64,000 nucleotides of DNA from Octopus vulgaris (taxonomy: Eukaryota). Shown here one piece after another: positions 1 through 13,845 of the stretch; position 1 is the first letter of the stretch, and each line of letters opens with the position of its first letter. The DNA lies in NCBI GenBank assembly GCA_951406725.2, contig OX597840.1, forward strand, positions 37,510,001 through 37,574,000, written 5' to 3'. The position numbers and the translations under genes are program-made. The notes under the pieces were generated by a model. It had not been told where the DNA came from, searched no databases, and was given only the letters and a program-made list of their open reading frames with translations.

Positions 1-549
1 GGAAAAACCCCGCCAGACGGAGGAAAATACCTCATATAGATAGAAGATCCAAAAACAAAATTGCAGAAGACAAAAAGCGAAGCGAACACGTAATCCAAGG
101 AGAAAAGTATAGAAAATAACCGTTAACCGATATGGATGTATTAACGCCCTCGGGCAAGCTACAAATTGGTCGATTATCAATGCGGTTTACATCTCCTCGG
201 TTGGCATTTAGATGTAAATGCTTGATATATCCAGTAGGTGAATCTTTGTCGCATTCTGCTATTGTTTATGCGATGCATAAGCTGCTCCAAATTAGCAAAG
301 TTAGCGTAGGATACCTTCACGGTGTGCCGATTAAAAATATATGGTGGTTGTCTACTTCTTATACAGAGTTTGACCACTTCCTGTACCTACACCTTAGAAC
401 CATGATGGCATCTGATGTGGCCTTTTAAACCAGACACCCACATAGAATTTTGAAAAGTGTTTTGAAAAGACACTCACATAGATTGCATATCCGATTTGGA
501 TCACCAAGAGCTGCAGTTAAGTTCTGATCTTTGTGGATCTTAAAATCTA

Positions 550-909
550 TATCTCAGTGATTCGACAGGCTCGACTTGGAGAAATGGTGTATCTCTCCAG
601 GCTGAGTCGATTCTTCTTGACATTGAGAAGTCACAGTTCCGGCACTACGGATGTGGTTAGAATGCCGTAGGAAAGGATGGCAAGAAAGATACTTCAAGCC
701 ATGACAACTGTCAGAAGATTCAAGCGGAAGACTAAGAACAAGCTGGTTGGATAAAATTCATAGCCTCAGTCGGTCAGGCTTTGAAATTCAGCCAAAATTG
801 TTGTGATGGTTACTTCTGATGGTTACTTATGGAGATGGTGCCTGGGGACTCTTCCTTCACGGTCTTACCAAGAATTATGGGCAGCAAAAATATATGGATG
901 GATGAATGG
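550..909 (+). mobile_element. RTE-clade (Expander/Rex3-like) LINE, 3' fragment, decayed
   Basis: Manual translation across frameshifts gives LQAESILLDIEKSQFRHYG / VVRMP*ERMARKILQAMTTVRR / SGRLRTSWLDKI, resembling the RTE ORF C-terminus (IERSQLRWFGHVVRM..ER..R..L....G.R.RGRPRTRW.D). It ends in an ATGGATGGATGAATGG tail. Confidence 0.75.
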
Positions 910-1744
910 CGAGAAAAAAAAATAATAATAATAAAAAGTAAATTTGAAATCGAATATATCCATAAACAATAGGAATAATCTAAAAGAAAAGGATTTTATA
1001 AACTGAGACCAACTGTAGAGCTTAGAAGCGGAAAGTGAAGTTGAGAATAATATTTGATTTGAATATAATACAAAAAGAAAAATTCAATATTTTATCGATT
1101 TGAATTTGAAACGGAAATTTTTGCTTAACTTCAACCGAGTTCAATTTGTGTGTTCAGTTTTTAATCCAGTGTTATTTCTGTACAGGGCAACACTGCCATG
1201 TTGCCGCCATTTTAATGCATTCAACCACCAACACATTAACTGCCACCGTTTTTGTCTAGTTCATTTGTTGTGCATGGTTGCTCGCTTGGGTGTCTTCTGC
1301 TGCTAGAATCGCAGAAATTATTGAAGCTAGGAAGAGTTGCAAGAATTTTAAACTAAAAATAAATGAAAAATAAGCTGAATAAATGAAAATAAATGAAAAA
1401 TAGGCAAAATCAAAATAAAGATGTTTATATTATTATTTATGTATTTCTCTTTTGTTTTACGTTTTAACTTTTTTTTGGAAGCAAGATATTGCAACACAAA
1501 CTGAATCGCTGCTTCTGCTGCTTCTACAAATATTCCTAAGCATTTCCAAAAGAAAAAAAAATGAAGAATATTGTGGAAAGTCTGCTTAGACGTCAGGCGG
1601 AATCATTTACTCGTAAATGCAACAGGATTAAATAAATCTTTCACAAACATACTAAATTCATACACACAAAAACATACCTACAAATTTACACACATTTATG
1701 TATTCATATATACATATGCATACATACATACATATATTTACATA

Positions 1745-1959
1745 CAGGACGTGTGCTAAGTTCCTGGTTTTAAGGGCATCGCAAAAGGCTTGGTTAGAGG
1801 CCCAACCTTCTGATTTCTTATACAGTGCCTAGAAAAACTGAAGGACCGCTGCAATATGTGTGTATCTGAGAGGACAATATATATTGAATAAATTCATAAC
1901 TAATTTATCCTCATGTATTATCTTTTACCTAAAGCTAGACACTTTTCATCGGCCCATCG
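1745..1959 (+). mobile_element. mariner-derived MITE / internal deletion derivative
   Basis: TA-flanked, with degenerate TIRs (..GTGTGCTAAGTTCCTGGTTTT vs AAAGCTAGACACTTTTCATCGGCCCATCG). The interior encodes a mariner C-terminal remnant LEKLKDRCNMCV..R..YIE*. Confidence 0.6.
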
Positions 1960-2160
1960 TATATATACACGTAAACGTATGTGTGCGTGTGAACACTTCA
2001 TTGGGAAAAATTAAAAGTGGGACTACAAATTAACGAAAGTAGAGTTGCTAAGTGTAAGTGTGTGTGTATATTAAATTGTGGGGCTACAACAAGTAACCTA
2101 AGATGCCAAGAACCCTTTAAAGGATAGTAGCTGTCCCTAATCATCATCATCATCATTATC

Positions 2161-2510
2161 TACGTTATTGACGTCTACGAGTTGATCCATGTCTCACCCA
2201 GAGACTTCAAGTAACAGGAAGCTGGATGTTTTACAACGGGTGTTTTTAATGATTAGCAATGTTATGTTGTAGCGGAATGGAGACCACAATATGACAGAGA
2301 AAATCTGTTGGACATGTAACATTGCTATTTTGAAAGCGTTTTCTTACGATTTGGTCAGTAACCATGAGAATAAATTTTATATTTCTGATTCCTTGTGGTT
2401 TACTGATATTTGGACATAGTGTTTAAGAGAACCATTTGGTACTTTTTCCAAGTCTCCGAAGGTTACTGCTACATTTGTCATTCTCAGGTGCCAAATTTTA
2501 TCTAAATTCT
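2161..2510 (-). mobile_element. RLE-type (R4/Dong-like) non-LTR retrotransposon 3' fragment, heavily decayed
   Basis: Minus strand reads DKIWHLRMTNVAVTFGDLEKVPNG..ISVNHKESEI / ILMVTDQIVRK, similar to the R4/Dong C-terminus (MWHLKT..IPV.IGALG...IPG.P...EIQK.VL.GTAHILRK). A 3' UTR runs into an (ATG)n tract. Confidence 0.55.
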
Positions 2511-2569
2511 CTTGCCTCACATAAGAAATTTTTGGCTTCGTGCTAAAAATTTGAAACCATTATTATAAG

Positions 2570-2766
2570 CAGCGAGCTGGAATTATTGTTCGCGCGCCTG
2601 ACGAAATCCTTAGCAATATTTCGTCCGTCGAAAGGTTCTGAGTTCAAATTCTGCCGAGATCGACTTGGCCTTTCAGCATCGATAAATTGATTACCAGTGA
2701 AACATTGATCGATATAATCGACGAACCCCCTCCTCCAAATTTCAGGCCTTGTGCATATATTAGAAG
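2570..2766 (+). mobile_element. tRNA-derived SINE family A (octopus OR-type), diverged, tail type 2
   Basis: GAGCTGG..head, B-box-like GAGTTCAAATTC, body, and tail CCAAATTTCAGGCCTTGTGC..TAGAA; many homologues in the window. Confidence 0.75.
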
Positions 2767-2824
2767 TGTTTAGTAATGGTATTGTAGGCTTGGATTTATT
2801 GATTTCGCTCTCAAATCTTATATC

Positions 2825-3273
2825 TATTTCTTTACTAACAACAAGGGGCTAAACACAGGGGAGACAAACAAGGACAGACAAAGGGATTAAGTATATTACA
2901 TCGACCCCAGTGCGTAACTGGTACTTAATTTATCGACCCCGAAAGAGTGAAAGCCAAAGTCGACCTCGGCGGAAATTGAACTCAGAACGTAACGGCAGAC
3001 GAAATACGGCTACGCATTTCGCCCGGCGTGCTAACGTTTCTTATTTCTTTATTGCCCACAAGGGGCTAAACATAGAGGAGACAAACAAGGACAGACAAAC
3101 GGATTAAGTCGATTATATCGACCCCAGTGCATAACTGGTACTTATTTAATCGACCCCGAAAGGATGAAAGGCAAAGTCGACTCCGACGGAATTTGAACTC
3201 GGGACGTAGCGGCAGGCGAATTACCGCTAAGCTTTTCGCCCGGCGTGCTAACGTCTCTGCCAGCTCGACGCCT
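2825..3273 (-). mobile_element. SINE family A, tandem dimer
   Basis: Two head-to-tail copies (2825-3040, 3041-3273), each with GAGTTCAA(A/T)TTC and tail 1 (TTTGTCTGTCCTTGTTTGTC..TTTAGCCCCTTGT..AATAAAGAAATA). Confidence 0.9.
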
Positions 3274-3736
3274 TACAAATCTTTTAATAACATCACATTA
3301 ACAGCAGCAAGAAGAACAACTGAACAAAAAACAAAGCAAAAAATCAAAATAAAAGTGGTGAAAAGGATAGGAATAAACCGTCTCAATGGACCAATCAGAT
3401 CACGGCAGCATGAAGACTCGCCAGATTTATTTATTAACCGTTCATTAACATATCTTTTGCCCTAACTTATTGACCGACTGATAAAAATATGCCTATAAAC
3501 TCCGCATCCAATAAAACAGTCATCGAATTATATAAGAGTATTTCGGCTGTTTATTGACCAATCCCAACATATTCATTGCACTCTGCGTTCTGATATTCTC
3601 CTTGCTCTCCTTTTGTTTGTTTGTTTGTTTTGGTAGATGGGGGATAAAAATTACAATTTTTCTATTCTTTAAAATCAAATGAAATTAAGATTCACACACA
3701 AACACACACAAATATATCACACTTCAAATTATATAT

Positions 3737-3770
<34 letters not shown>

Positions 3771-3948
3771 GCCTGCCTGTGTGTGTATATCTATATACAT
3801 ATAAATTATGTATATATAATATATATATATATATCATTTATGTAAATAAGTGGATATATGCATATGTATATATATATCGTTTGTGTATATAAGTGGATAT
3901 ATGCATATATATATATATATATATCGTTTGTGTATGTAAGTGGATATA

Positions 3949-3992
<44 letters not shown>

Positions 3993-4004
3993 TATATATA
4001 TATA

Positions 4005-4378
4005 CTAGCAGTATCGCCCGGCGTTGCTCAGGTTTGTAAGGGAAATAACTATAAAGCATTTTTAGAGAGTTATAGCCAAAAAATAGCAAAAAAATGGAAA
4101 AAAAATTATGGTAAATTTTTTTTTTGAGAGTAAAAAAGGTTGAGTTGCGTCCCCTAGACAGTCTGTGGTTTGTTTTTTTTGATTCTCGACCCCATGTCGA
4201 ATTTATCGATTTTTTTCAGAACTGGGGTTAACTTTTCAAAATTTTCGCTGCGTTAGTTTTGAATTATGACATTGGGCTATGTGTGTGTCAAGTTTCATCA
4301 GAATCGGTTGAAAGCCGTGGTCAGGGTGAGGGTACGAGAAAACAGACACACAGAAACACGCACAGACAAACTGCCGTT

Positions 4379-4385
<7 letters not shown>
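4005..4385 (-). mobile_element. non-autonomous Helitron-like element
   Basis: The minus strand ends in GC hairpin CCTGAGCAACGCCGGG, then 8 nt, then CTAG followed by T: the canonical Helitron 3' end. The other end runs into (TA)n. Its terminal ~60 bp are shared with 17851. Confidence 0.7.
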
Positions 4386-4411
<26 letters not shown>

Positions 4412-5099
4412 AGGTAATATTTGATTTTTATTGTACTGTTACAATGGTTTGTTTTATAAAATTATTTGGTAATATCTCGTCATTATATATTTTATTTTTG
4501 TATTATTTTATTTCAAAAATATTTGGCATCAAATAATGTAATATAATTTCATTTTGTTTGAAAAAAGCGAAAACGGATACGTGCGTGCGTATGTGTGTGC
4601 GTGTTAGTATATAACAGTGTGTATATACGAAAGAATGGTGTGTAAAAGAGCGAGAGAGAGAGAGAGAGAGAGCAATTTGACATTAATTCAATAGATAGTA
4701 AAATATTTTAATATAGTCATAATGAATTGATTTGGAAAGACGCCAGGATTCGCTTTATTTTCTCTTTTCTCCTTTATTTCCGGAGTTTTTATTTTAGTTT
4801 GTTTTTCAAACTAACTTTCTATTGTTAAATTTGAATAAGTCACTTCGAGGCCACCATACATACGTACTATATACATACATACATACATACATACATATGT
4901 ACATACTCACATTGCATAAATACATACATATATATTCATACATTCATGCATAATGCATGCATACAAACTCGCACACATTGATATATTAATACGTACATAC
5001 ATACACACAAACTTGCATATAATATATATATATACGTTTATATATATATTATATATATATACACATTTATATATATATTATATATGTTATATATATATA

Positions 5100-5139
5100 A
5101 CAAACACAGACACACAAACATACACACACACACATACAC

Positions 5140-5194
<55 letters not shown>

Positions 5195-5395
5195 ACAGTC
5201 TTCTTTCAGTTTCCGTATACAAATCCACACACACTCTCACCTTGTCTCTCTCTCTCTCTCTCATATACACACGTATATGACGGACTTGCAATCATTTCCT
5301 TTTCAACAATTGTAGAAGACAATGTGCCACTCGGTCGGACTGAAACCGAAACTCTGTGTACGCAATACGAGATCCCTAACCCCACAGCCTGCCAT
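5100..5395 (-). mobile_element. SINE family B, degraded partial copy
   Basis: CAAACACAGACACACAAAC..(TA)n..CTTCTTTCAGTTTCCGT..AAATCCAC..GTAGAAGAC..GTGCCAC..GGACTGAA, homologous to 39598-40010. Confidence 0.6.
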
Positions 5396-6054
5396 AAAAT
5401 TTTTGGACAGCTAAATTCTTTTCACTTGAAACCCCATCAATTTTGTAAATCAACAAAGCTTCAACCTACAAATCACAATAATTCATTTCCTAGTTTGATA
5501 TTATTTCTAACTAGATCTTTCGTCCTCTGTTTGCAAATCCCCGGCAATGGACCCATTCTGTCCAGTGAAAGTGTTCCCAGATTTACAGCGAATCATTTTT
5601 CCATCTCCATAAAACAATATTTTGCTACAATTCTCTCAGACTCTAAAGTATTTGGTAAGCTCCAGGCTATAGAAACGTTTTAAGCTTCGGCTATTCCATT
5701 GCTTTTTATGGTGATTTTGTTCCTATTTCTTGCTCATCAAGAAAGGTAATAATGAAAATCGCGGCAGGTGGTAGCATCCTGTATGTTCCTTTCAACAATG
5801 GCTTACCTTGAACTACTTAGTCTAATCTATCATACATACTGCGACATGATGCGCTTGAAAGGAGACGTTGCGGCTATTTGTAGCACTTGTAGACTGTGAA
5901 AATTAGGTTTCTGATGAAAAAAACAACAAATACACGTTAGCCAGAGTTTACAGACGATAAAGTTGTTTGTCCGGGTTTAGTAAATTGCGAGGCATTTATC
6001 AATCGCTCTAGCGGTATAGAAACGTGTGTTCTTGTTGCCAAAAACGAGTACGAC

Positions 6055-6076
6055 TTTACACACACACACGTATGCA

Positions 6077-6156
<80 letters not shown>

Positions 6157-6259
6157 TACATATATATATATGTATAGAAATATATATATATACTATATAT
6201 ATGTACATAAATATATATATAAAATATATATAAATATAATATATATATATATACATATA

Positions 6260-6300
<41 letters not shown>

Positions 6301-6495
6301 ATATATAAATATATATAAAATATATATATATATATAAATATATATATGTATATAAATATGTACATAAATATATATATATAAATATATATATGTATATAAA
6401 TATATATATATACACACATACATACATATATATATAACTACACATATATGTGTGTATGTGTGTATGTAAGTGTGCATGTGTGCGTGTGAATGCAC
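6055..6495. repeat. (TA)n/(CA)n compound microsatellite
   Basis: Direct inspection; source of the YIYI ORFs. Confidence 0.95.
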
Positions 6496-7123
6496 ACAAA
6501 TAACAGAATAGCTAATGTTTTATAAGTTTGGGGTAAACTCCTGGATGCTGCCAGATCTGAGGCACGTTGGGATATTACTGTACAGCTGAGTAGTGTGTCT
6601 GAAAGGATGGGGAAAAAATATCGACATCATGTGTGGTAGATGAGAGAACATTCCAGAAAGGAAAAAGAAGAGGTAGAAGAAGACGAAGAAGAAGAAAATA
6701 GGAGAAAATAGAAAAGCCTGTAAGATGAAGAAAAGATTTAAAAGAAGAAAATAAGAGAAAGTATTGAGTTGAAAGAAGCGCTAAAACTGTGTGCGTTTCC
6801 TTTGCCTTTATAAGTATCTCTTACACTCTTCGCTGCATTCTGAAGTATTAGGCTAAGAAAAATGGCAAGCAAGAGAATATATAGAAGGAAGAATTATTAT
6901 TCCAAGACCATGATCTCTCTTTAATATTGCTATTAATTTGTCATAGCTACCTTGCAACGAATAAACTATTTTAATAACCTACAACATACAAAACGCCAAA
7001 ATAACGCGTTTACTCGCCCGTATTTAATGCTCTTTCTGCCGCAGAAGACAGCTTATTCAAAGAGTTATTTTTAGTTTCTATTTCCGCTCTGCTCCCCCAC
7101 TTGTAACATCTTTTTCTTACCAT

Positions 7124-7156
<33 letters not shown>

Positions 7157-7471
7157 CATTATATATATATATATACACACATACTTATGTATATAAATGC
7201 AAAGGCACATGTTTATGCTGTCTTACTGTTTCAGTCGCTCACCCGCTCTTTCTCTCTCTCTCTCTCTCTCGCTCGTTTTGTCTCTTATTCTGTCTCTTTC
7301 CGTGTCACTCTCTGTGGTCTATCGATCTATCTATCTTCCACAACAACTCCCAATATTTCACTCAAGCCTGTTTCATGGCTTTTCACTGTTACATATAACA
7401 TAGACGCAATCACACACGAACGCAAACATACACACGAACATTTGCATATATATATATATAAATATATATAT

Positions 7472-7504
<33 letters not shown>

Positions 7505-7531
7505 TATATATACATATATATATAACATATA

Positions 7532-7576
<45 letters not shown>

Positions 7577-7733
7577 GTATATATATATATAACATATGGA
7601 TCACATATACACACACACATACAAATACGTGTAAATGCATATTTTTATAAGTACACATCTATATTTGCCATATACTTTATATATTTACACACACACACAC
7701 ACACACACATACATGCCATATTTTTTATATATT

Positions 7734-7773
<40 letters not shown>

Positions 7774-7838
7774 GATTTTTATATATATATATACTTTATA
7801 TATATACATATATATGTACATATATTTATATATATAGA

Positions 7839-7880
<42 letters not shown>

Positions 7881-7905
7881 CAAACACTCACAAACACTAA
7901 CACAA

Positions 7906-7941
<36 letters not shown>

Positions 7942-8149
7942 TATATATGCAGGTATGTACCTGTGGGTGTATCTATGTGCATAGATATATTTATGCATTT
8001 CATATATTCTTATGTGCGTTTGTGTTCGCTGCACTTTGCACATATGCACACGCTTAGACTTACGTGTATTTTAAGTACACCTCCATACACATCCGCCGTT
8101 TCATCACGTTCCTTCTTACGAGGGAAATAAACAGGCACCAAGACACACA

Positions 8150-8161
8150 GACAAATAATAA

Positions 8162-8192
<31 letters not shown>

Positions 8193-8900
8193 AATTATAG
8201 CATCAATCGCAACAACAATAATAAATGAGCATAGCCATGATGATGAGAAGGATGAATATGATGATGATGATGATTGTGGTGATGATGAAGATGATGGAGA
8301 CGGCGGTGGAGATGAGAATTGTTGTTATTGTGACGGCGGTGGTGATGAAGGAAAACTTATAAATGATACCGAGTTGTAAAAAAGGGGAATAAATATGGTA
8401 AACAATAGCATAGACATCAAGAAGAAGAAGAAGAGCAATATGAAGGGGAAGAAAATCAGGAACGAGACGAAATGGACAAGACCGAGTAAGAAGAGTAAAG
8501 AATAGGAGAAAAAGGGGAAGAAGGAGAATAGAAGAAGAAGAAGAAAGGGAAAAGGAGAAGAGAAGAAGAAAAAGAAGAAGGAGAAGAAGGAGACGAAAAG
8601 AAGGAGGAAAGGAGAACAAGAAGGAGAGGAGGAGGAGAAGGAGGAAAAAGAAGAAGAGGAAGAAGGAGAAGGAGAACAAGAAGGAGATGAGAGGAAAAGG
8701 AGAATAAGGAAAACGAGAAGAAAAAGCAGCAGAGGATGAGAAGAAGAAGAGGAGAAGGAGAATAGAGGGAGAAGAAAAAGGAGAGGAAGAAGAAGAAGAC
8801 AAAGAAGGAAAAGAAGGAGTGTAATAATGATAATGATGATACTATACTAACTACTACTACTACAACTAATACTAATGGTAATGAACGAAGACAAAAGAAA
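8150..8900. repeat. low-complexity (TAA)/(GAT)/(GAA-GGA) purine-rich tract
   Basis: Direct inspection. Confidence 0.9.
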
Positions 8901-9320
8901 CGGAGGCGAAACGCTGGAGGAAGAAATCAAATATGATATAGTATTTAAAGTTAGGGAGAAAATGTATGGAAGAGGATGGCCGGGTATGTAAGGGGTGGAA
9001 AAAGGATGTGCAACGATAATAGAAGCGGAATGGTAAAGTCAACGGTAGAAATATATTCGACATATTGCTTGAGTTGAAGTAGATTTATTTTTATTCTTTG
9101 AGAAAGGAACCGAAATACAGCAGACATTTTCCTTCGTAAATTCTCGAAATGAAACAAACAGGTTTCTCCCTCTCTCTCTCTCTCTCTCAACATGTTCTCC
9201 TTTTATTTGTTCCTTCCTCTTCTTTCAGCTCGTTCATTTTTGATTCTTGGATGCCAAATAACACCCTTCACTGGATTTACATGTGTGTATCAATACATAC
9301 ACATATGTTTATACATACCA

Positions 9321-9387
<67 letters not shown>

Positions 9388-9430
9388 AGGAGGAATAGCA
9401 ATACTTTTAATCTTATAATTATATACATGC

Positions 9431-9469
<39 letters not shown>

Positions 9470-9477
<8 letters not shown>

Positions 9478-9580
9478 TACGACGGGCTTCTTTCAGTTTC
9501 TTTGTGCCAAATCCACTCAGAAGACTTTGGTTGGCCTGAGGCTATAGTAGAAGATACTTGCCCAAGGTGCCACGCAGAAA
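9470..9580 (-). mobile_element. SINE family B fragment
   Basis: GACGGGCTTCTTTCAGTTTC..GCTATAGTAGAAGATACTTGCCCAAGGTGCCACGCAG. Confidence 0.8.
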
Positions 9581-9582
9581 CT

Positions 9583-9664
<82 letters not shown>

Positions 9665-9668
<4 letters not shown>

Positions 9669-9850
9669 GTTCACGAAAAAAGAGACGAAGACAGGTGGTG
9701 TACAAAACAAATAAGATGTATTAGTATAACGCTCAGAAATTGAAAAAAGTCTTTTATGTTTCGAGCCTACGCTCTTCTACGGAAAGGGACACAGAAAAAA
9801 CAGGGAGAGAAAGAAGGAGAAAAAAAAATGTGCGTAGTGGCTAACGATGT
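9665..9850 (-). mobile_element. Penelope-like element 3' end with hammerhead-like motif (family H5)
   Basis: Minus 9751-9786 reads cttt CCGTAGA a gagc gtag gctc GAAA ca TA aaag. It is near-identical to 46165-46285 and abuts a (TA)(GA) tract. Confidence 0.6.
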
Positions 9851-11259
9851 ATGTATAGTCTGAATACGCACAAGGAGTAGGAACACAGCAGATAAAGCTG
9901 GCAACGAAGAAACATTGCAGAGGGAGTGATTGAATAACAGCTACCCATCCTCCTTCGTCAAACGTCAGAAGGCTCTTATCCATATATGGAAGACCCACAC
10001 AATGAAGCACTTTCTGACACCACCATCTTACGATAATGGTACCAATAAGAATTTACTACGTGAACAGTAAAGTAAGCATGTTAGTACACTCACACTTTCT
10101 TTTCGTAGATTTTTCCTGTTTAGGAAACGACATATTGAGAACGCTGAGATGTGCACACTTACGAATATTCGCACCAACAATATGAAAAGGACTTATATAC
10201 TACGCTACACACACTATAATAAATGTGATGGTCCCTGAATGAGAAATGCTATACGAATACTATATATCTACATCAGGGGAGAAGCGTCGGTATACACTTC
10301 ACTAAAAAACACGAAGTTGTTCCACGCTGTGTACATGAGATTACCATTAAAGCGTCAGAGAGTCCGTTGTCAATATGAGGTCCAAGTGAGCCCTGCTCAC
10401 CAACAGTCTAAACACATGAATCAAAACCTGAAAAAATATGTAAAAGACAGACTGCATATTACTGCAAGAGCATTTTTTGTTCAAAGAACAACTCGGTCTT
10501 CCGATATATCTCAGCAAAAAGACACCAAATAACACCAGCTTCCATTTTCTTTTGACAAACATGTATTAATAATAAAATATTGGAATGTAAGGTAAAGTGC
10601 AAGCCATTGTTCTGTATTCTTAACTTCCGTTTACGCTCCCATATTTCAATTGGCATTCTGTTGGCTTTCGAACGATTGCAATATTTCAACTTCCATCTGC
10701 GTTCCTCTCTCTCTCTCTCCCGTTTCTCTCTTCTTTTCTGTCTCACTGCCTCTCTCTCTCTCTCTTTCTGTCTCATTCTCTCACTCTGTGTCCCACACAC
10801 ACCCAGATACACTCTCCCTATCTCCCTCTCTATCTTTCTCTCGATATTTCTTTCTGTATGGGTTTCTATATATCTCTGACGTCCAGGCACATGCAAGCCA
10901 ACTTCAGAGTCAATCCATGTGTGCGTCTATGCCTGAGCATGTGATTGTGTTTATGAGCGTATATATATATATATATACATACGTATATGTATATACAAGC
11001 ATATATATATATATAGATATATATAAGTTTTTATTGAAAATAATGGAGAATAGTAATTAGAAAAAACAAAGGTATACATGAAACCGCGCATGCGTGCATA
11101 TTCATGCAGACGCAGTAGGCTGCAGATATAGGCATGCGCATAGAATGCTAATATCAATATGAATATATGTGAATATTATATAGAGATAGACAAGTACTTG
11201 GTAGGAGAATATCGACGTAGAAATAAGTAAAATCGGAGAGTAAATTCGGTATGCATCTG

Positions 11260-11514
11260 TGCATGTATGTATATATATATATATATAGATATATATGTAT
11301 GTATGTGTGCGTATGTTTGTGTGTCTGTGCGTGTGTGTATATGCCTGTACAAGCAAGAGTTATATGTATTTGTAGGTATGTGTGTGAGTGTGTATGCATA
11401 TAGATACACATATTTCTTCACACAAGTCTATTATAAATGCCTGTGTATGTGTGTATATATATATGGGAATACACACACACACACACACACACAGAGACAC
11501 AGACACACACACAC

Positions 11515-11545
<31 letters not shown>

Positions 11546-11686
11546 CATACATATATATATATATGCATATGTATGTATATTCATACATTTATACATATGT
11601 ATATCTCTACACGTGTATATATATATATATATATATATACATATGTATGTATATTCATACATTTATACATATCTATATCTCTACAC

Positions 11687-11729
<43 letters not shown>

Positions 11730-11957
11730 TACATATATGTAAATATAAATATGTACATACACATATATATATGTCTTTATACATATATATATTCATACAT
11801 ATACATATATATATATATTTACAAATACATATGTATGTATATGCATATATGCATGTATGCATGCATATATATATATATTTACACATACATATGTATATAT
11901 ATATACATATGTATTTATATGCATATAGGCATGTATGGATGTATAGATAGAAAGATA

Positions 11958-12000
<43 letters not shown>

Positions 12001-12010
12001 GTGTGTATAC
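11260..12010. repeat. TA/CA/TG compound microsatellite with ~78-bp internal duplication
   Basis: ATGTATGTATATTCATACATTTATACATAT.TATATCTCTACACGT occurs twice (~11569, ~11643). Confidence 0.9.
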
Positions 12011-12434
12011 AATTGTTGTCTTTGCGTCAATGGCATTCTGTGGCGCTTCTTCCTTTGTCGAAGCATTTATCATGAAATTCCCGTTGCAGCATTAAGTTCA
12101 TGACGTTAATGTTTACTTAAGGCCAACTTCGACTCACCACTCACACAACGGCTTCCACTCTAAATGCACTTCTACCTTTTAACATTTATCAATGTTCTTA
12201 TCAATTATCATTCTTGTTCTCCTTCTTCTTCTCCTTCCCATTGTTATTAGGAGTCGTAGCAGCAGTGGTAGTAGTAGTAGTAGTGTTGTCAACCTTGATG
12301 TTGCTTATGGTGCTGCTGATGGTGGAGTCTTGCTGTAATTTTAATGGTTTTTATGCAATATTTGCAATGACATTTTAGTCTGAATAGAGTGACTATGCAT
12401 ATGTATACATGTGTATATGTATGTATATATATAT

Positions 12435-12516
<82 letters not shown>

Positions 12517-12601
12517 ATATGTATGAATACATATGAATATATACACTTAAATATATATGTCTATATCTATGGTTATATATGTATATATATATATATACGT
12601 T

Positions 12602-12643
<42 letters not shown>

Positions 12644-12880
12644 TATACACAAACAAACACATACCCGCATATATATATAGACGTATTGTCTATATATATA
12701 TGTATACATATGTGTATACATATAAACATATACATATATGCACATGACGTGATCTTAAATAGGTAGAGTAATAAAATAGTATTCCTTATAATAACAGGTG
12801 CGTGATTATGTATCTGCATCTATATGCATGTATATATGTATTTATCTGTCTATATGCACATATATAACATATATATACGC

Positions 12881-12916
<36 letters not shown>

Positions 12917-13314
12917 ATAAATATATACACACACATATAAATATGTATATATATATACACATTTATATATATATGTGTGTATATATATTTACACATATAT
13001 AGATGTATGTATATATATACACATATTTATATATATACACACATTTATATATACACACACACATATATATATATATATATGCATACCTGTACATATCCCG
13101 TTCCGAAATGGTTGTGGAACATTTAAGTAGAGACATACAAACTCTTCAGGAGTCAGAATTCGTCCCTCTCGCTAGTACACAAAGCAACCACACAAGCACA
13201 CCAACAGATGTCGCTGTCACCAACACCCTAACGTTCACCCCTAGCACAACCACACGAATCCCAACATTATATTTACTCTATCACATTATCCACCCTGTGT
13301 ACCATCTCAAATAA

Positions 13315-13757
13315 CTAGATAGACAGACAGATAGATAGTTAGCTAGATAGATAGGCAGATGATCGATAGATAGATAAATAGAAAGATAGATAGAGAGATA
13401 GATAGAAATATAGATAGATAGATAAATAGAAAGATAGATAGATATATATATAGATAGATAGACAAACAAAGAGAAAGATAGATCGACAGACAGACAGACA
13501 TACAGACAGACAGACAGACAGATAGAAAGATATACAGATAAATAGAAAGATAGATAGATAGATAGACAGATAAATAGAAAGATAGATAGACAGGTAAACA
13601 GAAAGATAGATAGATAGACAGATAAATAGAAAGATAGATAGATAGACAGATAGACAGATAGACAGATAGATAGATAGATAGAAAGATAGATAGAAAGAAA
13701 GAAAGATCGATAGATAGAAAGAAAGATCGATAGATAGAAAGAAAGATAGATAGATAG
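13315..13757. repeat. (GATA)/(GACA)/(GAAA)n tetranucleotide array
   Basis: Direct inspection. Confidence 0.95.
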
Positions 13758-13845
13758 AAACCCTACAGATATTTGTAATATCTTTTTGCCGCTTAGAAAA
13801 TGATGTCTATACAACTGAATAATTTTGTCCCCTTTATCGATCTTG

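Noticed and set aside
2825-3273. Tandem ~220-bp repeats as a CRISPR-like array or satellite
   Set aside because: The units are dispersed SINE copies in a eukaryotic context, with no spacers or cas genes.
5937-6499. Long [12 protein letters not shown] ORFs here and throughout the window
   Set aside because: They are translations of stop-free dinucleotide microsatellites, with no coding signal.
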